DNA of 20,000 bases from Chiloscyllium plagiosum (lineage: Eukaryota), in contig NC_057711.1 of the NCBI RefSeq assembly GCF_004010195.1, positions 75,900,134 to 75,920,133 of the forward strand, in the 5' to 3' direction. This document shows, in pieces, positions 9,324 to 20,000 of this stretch (position 1 is its first letter; every line of letters starts with the position of its first letter). Position numbers and translations under genes: made by a program. The notes under the pieces are model-generated. The model worked only from the letters and a program-made list of their open reading frames with translations, did not search any database and was not told where the DNA came from.

Positions 9324-10247
9324 AGCTTTAATCATTTGTTCTTGCTACTCAAGTTCCATCTTGTATTGCAGTTCTCTTGAGTACACTAGGTATACTCAAC
9401 TGCAACCATCACTTGAAAATGGATTGATATTGATATCTCCAATCTAAACATTAGCTATCATAAAAGAAAAAAAAATTGCATGCTGGAAATCTGGCATAAA
9501 AACACAAATTACCTTAAAATACTCATGTATGGAAACATTTATGAAGAGAGAAACATTTTAACACTGAGTCTCATATGACTGGTGTCCTTCAGTTTGATCA
9601 GTTTATTTTTAACTGTAGAATGCATCATGTTCTGATGTTTTTGCTTTTAGACAGTGCAGTCTTTTATTCTGTCATTTTTAATTAAGTCATGTGATGTGTC
9701 ACTGGCTGGACCAACATTTATTCCCCATCCCATGAGGTGGTGATAGTGAACTGCCTTCTTAAACTACTGCTGTCCGTAACTCTTATTTGGTTGTCGTGCT
9801 TTGTTATCTTCTACAATTATTTCCAGCCCCTACACCTTTTGTTCCATGACATGTTTTCATCTCCTCTCTCCTGCTCTCTAGTCTATTCCTGACCTTTCTT
9901 AATATATCTGACTGTCTCCCCTCTCCACACTTGGACATGAAATACATTATATTTTCATCTCCCTTCAGCTCTGAAGTGTGGTGTTGGACTTGAAGTACTA
10001 ACTTTTTCTCTCTTTCTGTCTGCAGACACTGGGTTTTTCGGCTCTTCGTTTTTGTTACCTGTTGAAAGAAAATTAGCTAACTCCTTTTTAATAATATTAA
10101 AACGTTTTGTTTTTGCAACTGGTAATGGTTAAAGTGAAATTCAAACTTCCTGTTACTAGCCTGAAAGGTGACATGTCAAAATTTTGTTTTAAAATAACCT
10201 TTCAATACTCACTAATCCTTGTCACAGCTTATTCTTTTAACTACTGA

Positions 10248-11025
10248 ACATAATTCGTAGTCCTACAGCATGAAAACAGACCCTTTTGCGGCAACTTGTC
10301 CATGCCGACCAAATTTCCCAAACTAAACTAGTCCCGTTTGCCTGCATTTGGCCCATATCCCTCTGAAACCTTTCCTATTCATGTACCTCCTCAAATGTCT
10401 TAAATGTTGAACTATGCATGCATCTACCACTTCCTCCGGCAGTTTGTTCCACATATAAACCACCCTGTGTTTGAAAATGTTGCCCCTCAGGTCCCTTTTT
10501 TTTTAATCTTTCTCTTCTCATATGCTCTTTAGTTTTGAACTCCCCTCTCCTTAGGATTAGTAGCCAAGGTCTTATCCCTATCTACACCCCTTGTGATTTT
10601 ATAAAGCTCGATTTTAAGGTCACCCTTCAAACTCCAGCGAAAGAAGTCCCAGCCTTCCTTACAACTCATACAAGATATTACTGGGACTGAAGGGTTTATC
10701 TTTTCTGCATGCAATACCATTTAATAATGTCCTTCCTATACCAGGGTGACCAGAACTGTACACAGTACTCCCAATGTGGTCTCACTAATGTTCTGTACAA
10801 CCACAAAATGACATCCCAAGTCTTGTATTCACTGGTCTAAGCAATGAAGGCAGGCATGCCAAACACTTTTTTTTTTTACTACCCTGTCTGCCTGTGATGC
10901 AACTCTCAGCGAACTATGTACCTGGACCCCTTGGTCTCTGGTCTACAACACTCTCCAAGGCCCTATTGTTCATTATGTAAGCCCTGTCCTTGACTGACAA
11001 CCCAAAATTCAATTTTGTTGCATTT
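10248..11025 (-). mobile_element. CR1-type LINE 3' portion, degraded
   Basis: Clearly similar to 8664-9323. Minus translation includes LKGDLKIELYKITRGVDR (CR1 RLRGDLIEVYKIM-like). Confidence 0.85.
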
Positions 11026-13059
11026 TTTAGTCCGTTAAAGTAGACATTGTATGGCTTCCAGGCGAAGTCAGTCAAAGTGTTTCATTGCTCCGAAGGGTAT
11101 AGTTCTGTTTGTTTCCTTTCCAATAGTATCTTCCACTTGGAGTTTCTTGGAGATGCTTCTTTTTAACTTTAGCTTCCAGCTGTGTTGTACGGCCACACAA
11201 AGCTTTGAAAGTGAGCATGGGCATGGTGAATGATAGTCAGTCAGCATTTTCTCAACTTGGATGTTGGTCAAGTCTGCACCTTTAGCTTCTGGCTCTCCCC
11301 TTCCCTTCCCAATGGACTGCAGGTCACCCATGGCATAAACTGAAACTCCCCTCTGTGGCAACTCCTGGATTAGTTGGGAAGCCTGTAATCTGATCTGAAA
11401 AGTTCTCCATTCCCCTTCTGCCCATGACAATGGGAAATGTGTTAGCCCTATGTTCAGAAAGAGCTGTGGATAGCAATTTTTGTTTGCCAATGCTTTTACT
11501 TTAAAACCAAATGAACAAATCTAAGCACAATGGATTACAACGTGATACCAGTAGCGCTTTTGAGTTCGAGACCTGGGTCATTTTTATTATGGACTCGAAC
11601 AGTTCTCATTGTTTCCAGATGTTAACCATTTGCATTTCCCTTTCAATAACACATTGTAACTTTCTCTTCTTTTGACATAGCAACCTAATCATTTGGGTTG
11701 ACTGTCAGACATGATTCTGTTCATTTAGCCTATGTGTCAAGTCTTAGTTTCAAATCTTGGTATTCTTAATCCAAAATAGCTGTTAAATATTATAATAATG
11801 TAAAAGAGAGGTATGATTTTAATTCAAAATACATCCAATGAAAGTTTTGCTTGGCTAAGTATTTAAAGCAATGCGTCTTTAATTAGAAATAGCATCTCCT
11901 AAAGGCTCCCTTGCTAGACTGTGATGTTACCAATGGGTGCTATTATATGGCAAATAATGGACATATACTAAAGCTAGCTGGAGGGCACTATTGGAATTGT
12001 GGGCTTTTAGGACAATCCAATTTCAGACTGGTTGCAAATTTCCCCGAAAAGTTTGATTCTCAGTGTCCAAACATGTTGGATTAAGGCTAAACTCAGTTTG
12101 AAATCATGGCCTGCCATTCCTGACCATGTTCATTCAAAGTACTTTGACTCCTTGGAGCCAACTTAGTAACAAGGAGACATCGGTTGAACGTCGTCTTGTT
12201 GATTTAAAAATTGATGTTTTTGAAAATTGCGAAATGTGGGGAGGAGGTTGGCAGGATGACGCATCAATGGAAACTAAATCAAAGTCTTTTCCTTCCCCAG
12301 TGTCTAAAGCAACAGTGCAGAATTCAAAATTAAGTGCAATTAAAGCAAATGCACTAACGCATCATTTAGGCACAGATTCCCAAGTCAAAGTTGTTCAGCA
12401 CAAAGGACGTGAGAACTGCTGATTTAACTAGGGTACTGAATTGAATTGCTTAATAACTGGTTTTGTCATGTAATGACTGCTTAAACCAAACAAATTTTTC
12501 AAATGGTTTGCAAACAAAAATGTTGAGCAATGCACTTCTCTCAAGTGCATTATCCCAATTAGATTTTAAAATGTGCTGCTGCCATTGTGCTTTGTGAGTA
12601 GATTACTAAAAGCCGGATATGTATGTTGCTGCAAATACTTCCTGTACCAGACAGAACTGGTGCAACAAAGAGTCCACAATTAACTTTAAACTTATTTTAG
12701 TTATTTTGGGGGAAAAAATTCCTGTACTTGAGATAGGAACTATGATTAAAAAACTGTAGAAAGGATAGTGATTTTAAAGGTTCCAGAAAATTCAGTCGTA
12801 TTAGGTCCTGTGTATTTTGCGTGAGTGGGTAGTCCCAAAATTTCATTCAATGTCCTGATGACTGAACAACTTCGAAAAATAGTTTGTGTCCCTGCTTTCA
12901 CCTTTTTCCTCACTAACATTTTGAGGGAGAGAGTGGAGAAAGTTGAGTCTTATTCTTGTTTTGGCAAACACCAGTCTTATGGCATTACGCTGCATGCAGA
13001 AACCTGTCTCTCCCTAACTCTTTTTTCCCCCCCCCCCCACCTCACTTATGGCTATTGGT

Positions 13060-14007
13060 CTTATCAATAGCCATAAGTGAGGTGCCAGAAGACAGGAGAT
13101 TGGCTGACATGGTGCCACTGGTCTCTAATTCCCTGGCTCGCTCTTAAACTTAAATAGTGAGCATGATATTTGTTGGAGGGGACCATGAGGGTCACAATTT
13201 ACAGGTATTCTGAACGATAAGGACTAATAGTCAACATGCCGGTTCATAGTTCTTTGAAAGTGGAGTCATAGGATAATGAAGGCATTTGGTATGATTTATG
13301 ATTTGGTCAGTGCATTGTGTTGGTGTTCAGAGGTCATGTTGTGGTTTTACAGGACATTGGTTAGGCCAGGTTTGGAATACGGAATTGATTCTCATCTCCC
13401 TGCTATGGAAGGATGTTGTGAAACCTGAAAGAGCTCAGAAAAGATTTTCAAGCATGTCGGGGGGGTTAGGGCATTTAAGTCATAAGGAGAGGCTGCATAG
13501 GATGGCGCTATTTTTCCTGGTGCACTGGAGGCTGAGGGGTGACCTTGTAGAGGTTAATAAAATCACGAGGGGTGTGAATAGGGTAAATAGCTAAGGTCTT
13601 TTCCCCAGGATGGGGAGAGTCCAGAACTAGAGGGCATAGGTTGAAGATGAGTGGAGAAAAGACCTATAAAGGACCTAAAGGGTAACCTTTTCACACAGGG
13701 TGTTGCATATATGTAATGAGCTGCCAGAGGAAGTGGTGGAGAGAGTGAGGACTGCAGATGCTGAAGATTAGTGTGTGGTGCTAGAAAAGCACAGTAAGTT
13801 AGGAGCAATGTTTCAGGCACAAGATGTTCATCGGGAATTCATCAAGTGATGGAGGCTGATAGAATTCCAACATTTCAAAAGGCATCTGGGTGTGTATAAA
13901 AGTAAGATGGGTTTAGACGAATATGGGCAAACAGGACTAGGTTAACTTAGGATATTTGGTTGGCATGATGAAATGGACCAAAGGCTCAGTTTCCATGCTG
14001 TACAGCT
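13060..14007 (+). mobile_element. CR1-type LINE remnant with internal deletions and a nested PLE fragment
   Basis: EVPEDRRLADMVPL (CR1 VPEDWR.ANVVP-like) near 13080-13120 and WRLRGDLVEVNKITRGVNRVNS near 13530-13590. The 3' tail 'ggaccaaaggctcagtttccatgctgta' lies near 13975-14002. Confidence 0.85.
13742..13843 (-). mobile_element. Degraded PLE (family C) fragment nested in CR1
   Basis: 'gtgaggactgcagatgctg...gtgtggtgctagaaaagcacag...gtttcaggc...ttcatcgggaat' matches 4850-4920 and 19790-19913. TSD AAGTG(G/A)TGGAG at 13731-13741 / 13844-13854. Confidence 0.65.
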
Positions 14008-14305
14008 GTGACGTGTGCTGTTGAAGCTGCACTCATCCAGACAAGTGGGGAATATTCCATCACACTCCTGACTTGTCTCGTTGGTTAATGACAGTTCATG
14101 GTTAATAGTATCCTCGGTATGTTGCTAGTGGGGGATTCGGTAATGGCAATACCGAGGAATGTCAAGGATAGTGATTGGATTCTCTCTAACATTTGGGTGG
14201 TGTGTATGGTACTTATCTGTCCAAGTCTTTGTGCATTTGGGTACGGACTGCTTGAGTATCTGAGGAATAAAATGTCACTGAATGATTCTGACCTTTATTG
14301 ATCAA

Positions 14306-14476
14306 CATGATTTGGAGGTGTTGGTGTTGGACTGGGGTGGACAAGGTTAATCTCAATACCAGTTTATAGTTCAACAGGTTTATTTGGAAGCACTAGCTTT
14401 TGAGGTGCAGCCTCTTCGTCGGATGGTGATGAAGAGGTAGTGCTTCCAGATAAACTTGATGTTGTGATTTTGTAAC
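14306..14476 (-). mobile_element. Short fold-back PLE insertion (family A), opposite orientation
   Basis: 'catgatttggaggtgttggtgttggactggggtggacaa' is the reverse complement of the family A tail. It has internal inverted arms and a degenerate TSD TTATTGAT at about 14295-14302 / 14478-14485. Confidence 0.75.
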
Positions 14477-15110
14477 CTTATTGATAGAACCAGCAGCTAT
14501 ATTTTTGTTACTAATGTTGACAAATATAATCAGTAACTTCAGACCAGTTATTCACATGGTATTAATGAAAATGTAATAGGATTTTCTTGGTGCGTATTCT
14601 AGGTTACTAGAGATGTGTTTTGCTGACTACTCCTTAATTTCTTGGAAGATAATGTAAATCATTCAATAGAAGATATCAATGTGACACATTTTAATTGTTT
14701 CTTCAGAATTCTCTTCCTAAAAGTCTACATGAAAGAAATGAAAAGCTGTTGGGATTAAGGCTAGAGTAAGGAAGTGGATAAGAAGTTAGCGTTGTGAAAA
14801 AAAAACTACCAAGATATTAAACTGTGGTCCCATGTACTTTGGAAGAGAATGCAAAGAATTGCTTCTGTTGTCTGATAGAACATTGCTATCCTGATCAGTC
14901 CTATCAAAAACAGACTACAATTTTTTGCTTTTTTTTGGGGGGGGGAGATCTTGTCAATGTGAAAGTGAGTGCACCTCAAAAATAAGTAGAACAAATCATT
15001 TGCAAATATTTCAAAAGTTTGACTTTTTTTTAAGATAGCTGCCTCTTTTATTTTTACTTGAAATGCTAAGGATTGTCACAGCCCTAACATAGTTCTGCAA
15101 CTAAGAAAAT

Positions 15111-15133
15111 CAACACACCAACACACACACACC
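15111..15133. repeat. Short imperfect (CA)n microsatellite
   Basis: caacacaccaacacacacacacc. Confidence 0.5.
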
Positions 15134-16229
15134 ATGTTATGGAACTGCTAAGTTCACCATTGGTATGCACTTTCATGTACACTATTTCTCTACATTGACT
15201 GTCCTTCCCACAGTACTTTTACAGTTTCAACTGTGGAACAATTTGCAGCTAGTATATCCTAGCCTCATTTAGACACACAGGTATATAATGTATCTATTTA
15301 ACTGAAAAGGGAGTAATGATGATATAGATGTAAGGACAATGGATTTTGATAGATCTAGCCTTTTGCAATCTCCAGTTGCATGGTCAGAAGTGCGTTTATC
15401 AGACTATCAAACTCTTAGCAAGAACAAACAATTTACAGTTGTGACAAAAATGAGGTTTAAATTGTTGAAAAGTTTAAGGTAATTGAAATAATGCACTTAA
15501 TCAGCAGTACTGCATAAGTGTGGATCATTTGTACAAAGCAGCTTGTTCAGCATGGTTGGCTTGATTCTGTAATTATCTATAGCTTCACATCAGATCAGCT
15601 ACCTTCAGAATGTGGCCAAACAATTTGAGCCTCAACCATCAAATCCTTCCAACAGATTCCAGTGGCAAGCATTAGAGATTCTTGGTAGTCATGATGAAAA
15701 GGCAGGTAGAGTCTCTGCCATCAGTATCCATACTACAAAGACTAGAAAATTGTATTTTGTCAAAATAACTCAACTGTCCTGAGTGAACTGCATAAATGAG
15801 AGTTTGTACTAACAAATTAATACAATAAACTGTATTTTTAACCGCAGCTATTAAACAGCAAATCTAACAGCTGAATTACATCTTTCAACAGTCAGATTTG
15901 TCCAGTACCGACAGCATGTTGCCCCAAAAAAGCTGCAATATACTGCAAATTAATATTTTCTATTACAACTAAGTTTTCACTTGTCAAGATGTGCAAGTCT
16001 AATGCATTCATCACATTTTGGAATTATTTGACTGCACTTTTTCTTTACAGAAAGCATTTTGGAATTTAATACTTAAATAGTTGGAATTAAAATAACAAGT
16101 GAAATTACACAATGTGCATTAAAGCTGAACAAGCCATGTGAAAGGAATCCATTGCCTCATTCCAGGCTCATTTGCTAAGATCACCAAAAGACAGTGAAGA
16201 ATTCTGCATATTGTCACACGTTTTAAAAT

Positions 16230-16762
16230 GAGGGATTGAGTTTCAGAACCATGAGGTCATGCTGCAGCCACATTTGGAGTATTTTGTACAGTTCTGGTCA
16301 CCACATAGGAAGGCTTGGGAAGGGTTCAGAGATTTACTAGGATGTTGCCTGGTATGGAGGGAAGGTCTTGTGGGGAAAGACTGAGGGATTTGAGGCTATT
16401 TTTGTTAGAGAGAAGGTGGTTGAGAAGTGACTTAATTGAGACAAGATAAGAGGGTTAGATCAGGTGGACATGGTGAGATTTTTTCCAAGGATGGTGATGG
16501 CTACCACAAGGGGGCAAAGCTTTAATTTGAGAGGTGAGAGATATAGATAGATGTCAGAGGTAGTTTCTTTACTCTGTAGTAGGGGTGTGGAAAGCACTGC
16601 CTACAACAGTAGTAGACTGCCAACTTTAAAGCCGTTTAAATGGTCATTGTACAGACATATGGACGAGAATGGAATAGTGTTGGTTAGATGGGCTTCAGAT
16701 TGGTTTCACAGGGCGGCGCAACATCGAGGGCCTGTACTGCACTATAATGTTCTATGTTCTAC
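16230..16762 (+). mobile_element. CR1-type LINE 3' end
   Basis: 'ttggagtattttgtacagttctggtcacca' ([14 protein letters not shown]) and 'ggttgagaagtgacttaattgag' (RLRGDLIE-like), ending in a short tandem tail 'atgttctatgttcta'. Confidence 0.82.
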
Positions 16763-18384
16763 ATAGCCTATTTTCACATCCACTGAAATCATGACAATTC
16801 TATTCATGTCTAAGAATTGACTTGGAAAGGATGAAACCGGTAGGATTTAAACATGCGACAAAGTATATCTAGGGCAAGAAGTAACATTTTTGCATTCCGA
16901 TTTTGCTTTGGAAGTAACCAGAAAGAAATCTGCTGTTCAACAAGTCATTCAGGGCATGAAGGTTGTTAGACCAAAGGGTCTGTTTCCATACTATATGGAA
17001 ATAAAGGTAAATTTGTTTTGACTGTTTTCCTGGACTTTAGCTGAGAAAGAAAATGCTTAAAAAAATCTCACTTTGCATTTGTAAAATTTTCAATATCTAT
17101 CTTCAAAACTATTGAAGTTGTATTTGTCTTTCTCATGTATGTACTGTCACAATATTCACTTTGGCTCAGAGGAAATAATGTTGCATATCTGTGCTGTGCT
17201 ATCGGGTGTTTAGAAATTGGATAGCAATGTATCACTCCAGAACATCAACTGTTTGGATTGCATACAAGAGTGACCAGTATCAGACAAGATCATGTGTAAG
17301 GTCAAAGAGAATTCTCTAACAGCACTTCAAAATATAGAAATAAAGCAATCCTGACACAAGGAGGAAGAATTTTGTGGTGTTATTGAAAGTTTGGCTCTAA
17401 ACGTGAAGATGTTGAAAGTTAATGAAATTCAAGGAAGGGGCACAAGATGGCTGAAGACTCTACTACCAATGATGGTGCAAAGGGGGACCTTACACACAGG
17501 GTATGTGCCACAGGACTACAGTAGTGGCAGAATGAAAAGAGGTACCTATCTGAAAGAGATTGCAGACATTGGAGAAGATGATCTTGGGACAATTAGAAAG
17601 TAGTATTTAAGTTTTAAGTATTGTTGCAAAGGTGTTCAATGTTTAATAATAACATAGTTGGTTTCAAAATAGCATAAGCAAACACAAATTCTGGCCATGT
17701 GACAAGACAGCAGAATCATGAACAGCTGGAGTTTGGGGAGATGGGAGATCAGCAAGAATATTGCAGTTAATCAAGTAGACACTATTCCACCTATATAATC
17801 TGATATATGGTGGTCGTGCTACTGTTCAAATTTGGAAGCTCTTAGTCTAAAATCTGTCAGTTACAATTTTTCATCCGCAATGCTTAAGTTTTTTTTTGTC
17901 CTGACTGACATCAATCAGTACAATTGTTATATTTTCCTTTCTCGGGCCGATGGGTCACTTGTATATACATGGCTAATAATCCTTGGCCTTCTGTGTGTAG
18001 TTTTTGATGGTGTAGTTTAGTGTCTTTTGTGCTTAGAGAAATTTACAATAGGATGGGTAATTAGAAAAGTATTTATATATGTCAGCACTTTTATAATACA
18101 AAACAAGCAATTCATTACAACTTCTGTATGTTTGTGAAATTGTTAATGACGCAACCACAATGTGTGAATTCAATATTTATGATCCAATTAGCTATTTTAC
18201 TTGAAAATGTTATGAAGATGTGAGCCAAATATTTATGTCTCATAACATTGGCTAATTCATTGTTAGATTTTAATAATATAGAACTCTCTTTAGAAAAGGT
18301 TTGTAAATGGGTAAAAAGCATTGGGGACAATAACAATGTGGTATCTGCACAAGTAGGAGTTCAGATTGAGACATCCAGTTGACA

Positions 18385-18550
18385 AGATGAAAGCCGTGCT
18401 GGTAAAATCAGGCCTGGCAGCATCTATGGAGAGAAATGAGTAAAAGTTTTGAGTCTAATTTGATTCCTCTTCAGAACTGAGGAAGAATTAGATTGGGCTC
18501 AACTTTTTCCTCTTTGATAGATGCTGCCAAATCTTCTGTTTGTCCAGTCA
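18385..18550. mobile_element. Old degraded fold-back PLE-like element
   Basis: Inverted remnants 'tggcagcatctat' / 'atagatgctgcca' flank a decayed hammerhead-like core (minus strand AGTT-CTGAAGA-G-GAATC aaatta GACTC-AAAAC, about 18439-18478). Confidence 0.45.
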
Positions 18551-19146
18551 ACAAGGCTTTTGGATAAAGATAATGAGACCTAGTTGTGGTTGCAAAAAAG
18601 TAACACTATATATATGGTCTTGAGTCTAATAAGAGATCTTGCCTAAAGAGTAAGAGCTTTTGGTATCCTGTCTTCCTTTGGAAATTATCTCCATGCTGGA
18701 GCTGAAATCTCTCCTTTTTTACCACTTGTTACCATTCATAGAAGATTCCTGGAAAGTAATTGGGAATCTACCTCTGTTCAGCAGAGTTAAGCCAATTACA
18801 CCTGTTCCAGGAAGATACCCCTGTGCCAATGATGTCTATGTGCAGAATAATGTTGGGTACAGAATATCATTTGGATCATCGATGTTTAAACTTTTCTCCT
18901 CAGTTTTGCTATTGCTCAGCCAAAGTTCAGTTTTCTTTGTTTTAGCTCAGGCATTGAATTTTTGGAAAGTTAGTTACATATTTGCACAATTCACATTGCT
19001 TGTCCTTTGAGTAAAATCTTATAGATTGGTGACTTTTTCTGCGTATAGTCTGAGGCCTGTATAATTATCATAAACTTGTTCACCACAATTCACTGTTAAC
19101 TTTTGACTGATAACTGCTTAACTCAATGTTTTTGTCTTTTCTTTAG

Positions 19147-19197
19147 CCCGATGAACTATACTTTGAAGAAGGCGACGTACTTTACATCTCAGATATT
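19147..19197 (+). CDS. OSTF1: OSTF1 coding exon (probably exon 3): PDELYFEEGDVLYISDI
   Basis: Acceptor 'tttttgtcttttctttag', 51-bp exon, donor 'gtaagt' at 19198. Contains the SH3 ELxFxxGD motif and matches OSTF1 PDELYFEEGDIIYITDM. Confidence 0.96.
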
Positions 19198-19271
19198 GTA
19201 AGTTCTTGGTCAATTGTATGTCATTGTTTAATTATACATTTCTAGATTTATTGATCAGTAATCTTAAATAA

Positions 19272-19373
<102 letters not shown>

Positions 19374-19707
19374 TAATATTTCAATTATTTTTAAAGTTTT
19401 GACTAGGAATAACCGGTGCGTTTCTTAATGTGTTTGATAGAAGCCCAAAATTGTTGACTCTAGCGTCGAATTAATACCACATCTTTAGGCTGAGAACCAG
19501 AGTCAAGTTCTAAGCATTCTGAGACTCTGTCCGAAAATCTCATTTATATTGCAGTTATAATCACGCTGTTCTCTCCCGTGGGTTTCTGAATTAACCAGGT
19601 TTTTGACAACAGTCATAAACAGGAGTCCATATTTCTTTAAAAGAAAGAACAATGGGTGCTGGCGATATTCAATGACCTCCACAAACACTCACTCAACGGT
19701 ATAATGG

Positions 19708-19784
19708 GCAGTGAAGAAGGTTATCTAAGATTACAAAAAGACCTTGATCAATTGTGTCAATGAGCTGACGAGTGGCAGATGGAG
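19708..19784 (+). mobile_element. CR1 RT fragment (SEEGYLRLQKDLDQLCQ*ADEWQME), cut by a PLE insertion
   Basis: Matches the LQxDLDxLxxWAxxWQM motif downstream of the CR1 RT active site and contains an in-frame stop. Confidence 0.7.
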
Positions 19785-20000
19785 GTAAAAACAATGACTG
19801 CAGATGCTGGAAACCAGATTCTGGATTAGTGGTGCTGGAAGAGCACAGCTGTTCAGGCAGCATCCAAAGAGCTTCAAAATCGATGTTTCGGGCAAAAGCC
19901 CTTCATCGGGAATAAAGGCAGTGAGCCTGAAGCGTGGAGAGATAAGCTAGAGGAGGGTGGGGGTGGGGAGAAAGTAGCATAGAGTAAGAGCTTCAGGGCA
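19785..20000 (-). mobile_element. Penelope-like element terminus (family C), probably continuing past the window edge
   Basis: Related to 4846-5005 and 13742-13843. The minus strand carries a hammerhead-like ATTC-CCGATGA-A-GGGC tttt GCCC-GAAAC-ATC-GATT at 19878-19913. Confidence 0.75.

Noticed and set aside
9470..10050. Faint PLE/LINE-like remnants
   Set aside because: Too degraded to assign boundaries or family by eye.
11068..11490. Longest ORF in the track (140 aa, minus strand)
   Set aside because: Non-ATG start, no recognisable domain and no convincing splice context. Likely chance or a decayed repeat.
14010..14290. Possible additional minus-strand LINE fragment
   Set aside because: It resembles shark LINE relics, but no diagnostic motif could be read with confidence.
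15583..15707. Plus-strand exon-like segment (tag|cttcac...gcag|gtagag) as an OSTF1 cassette exon
   Set aside because: In the phase-0 frame required by OSTF1 it hits a TAG stop, and it would interrupt the SH3 domain. No supporting evidence.
18660..19010. 116-aa hydrophobic ORF
   Set aside because: Non-ATG start, composition explained by T-rich intronic DNA, and no recognisable motif.
19503..19688. 61-aa minus-strand ORF just after the SH3 exon
   Set aside because: No recognisable homology or splice signals. It cannot be supported without a database search.

Overview
Vertebrate genomic DNA, most likely a cartilaginous fish (shark). This is inferred from an HE1-type V-SINE, abundant CR1/HER1-type LINE tails and Penelope-like elements. 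The window lies inside the OSTF1 (osteoclast-stimulating factor 1) gene on the + strand. It contains three short coding exons encoding the SH3 domain (5962-6008, 19147-19197, 19290-19353); the last one appears to use a non-canonical GC splice donor. The rest is intron packed with transposon relics: a Rex1/Babar-type LINE split by three nested insertions, two to three solo LTRs (one young, with a 5-bp TSD and a duplicated U3 end), several CR1 LINE remnants, and at least six Penelope-like (PLE) insertions. Most PLE insertions are fold-backs flanked by 11-17 bp TSDs. The most interesting structural signal is a set of minimal hammerhead-ribozyme cores in the termini of at least three distinct PLE families, two of them with an intact catalytic core. 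I see no clear evidence of a wholly new biological system, and none of the ORF-track entries is supported as a host gene. Coordinates of degraded repeats are approximate.
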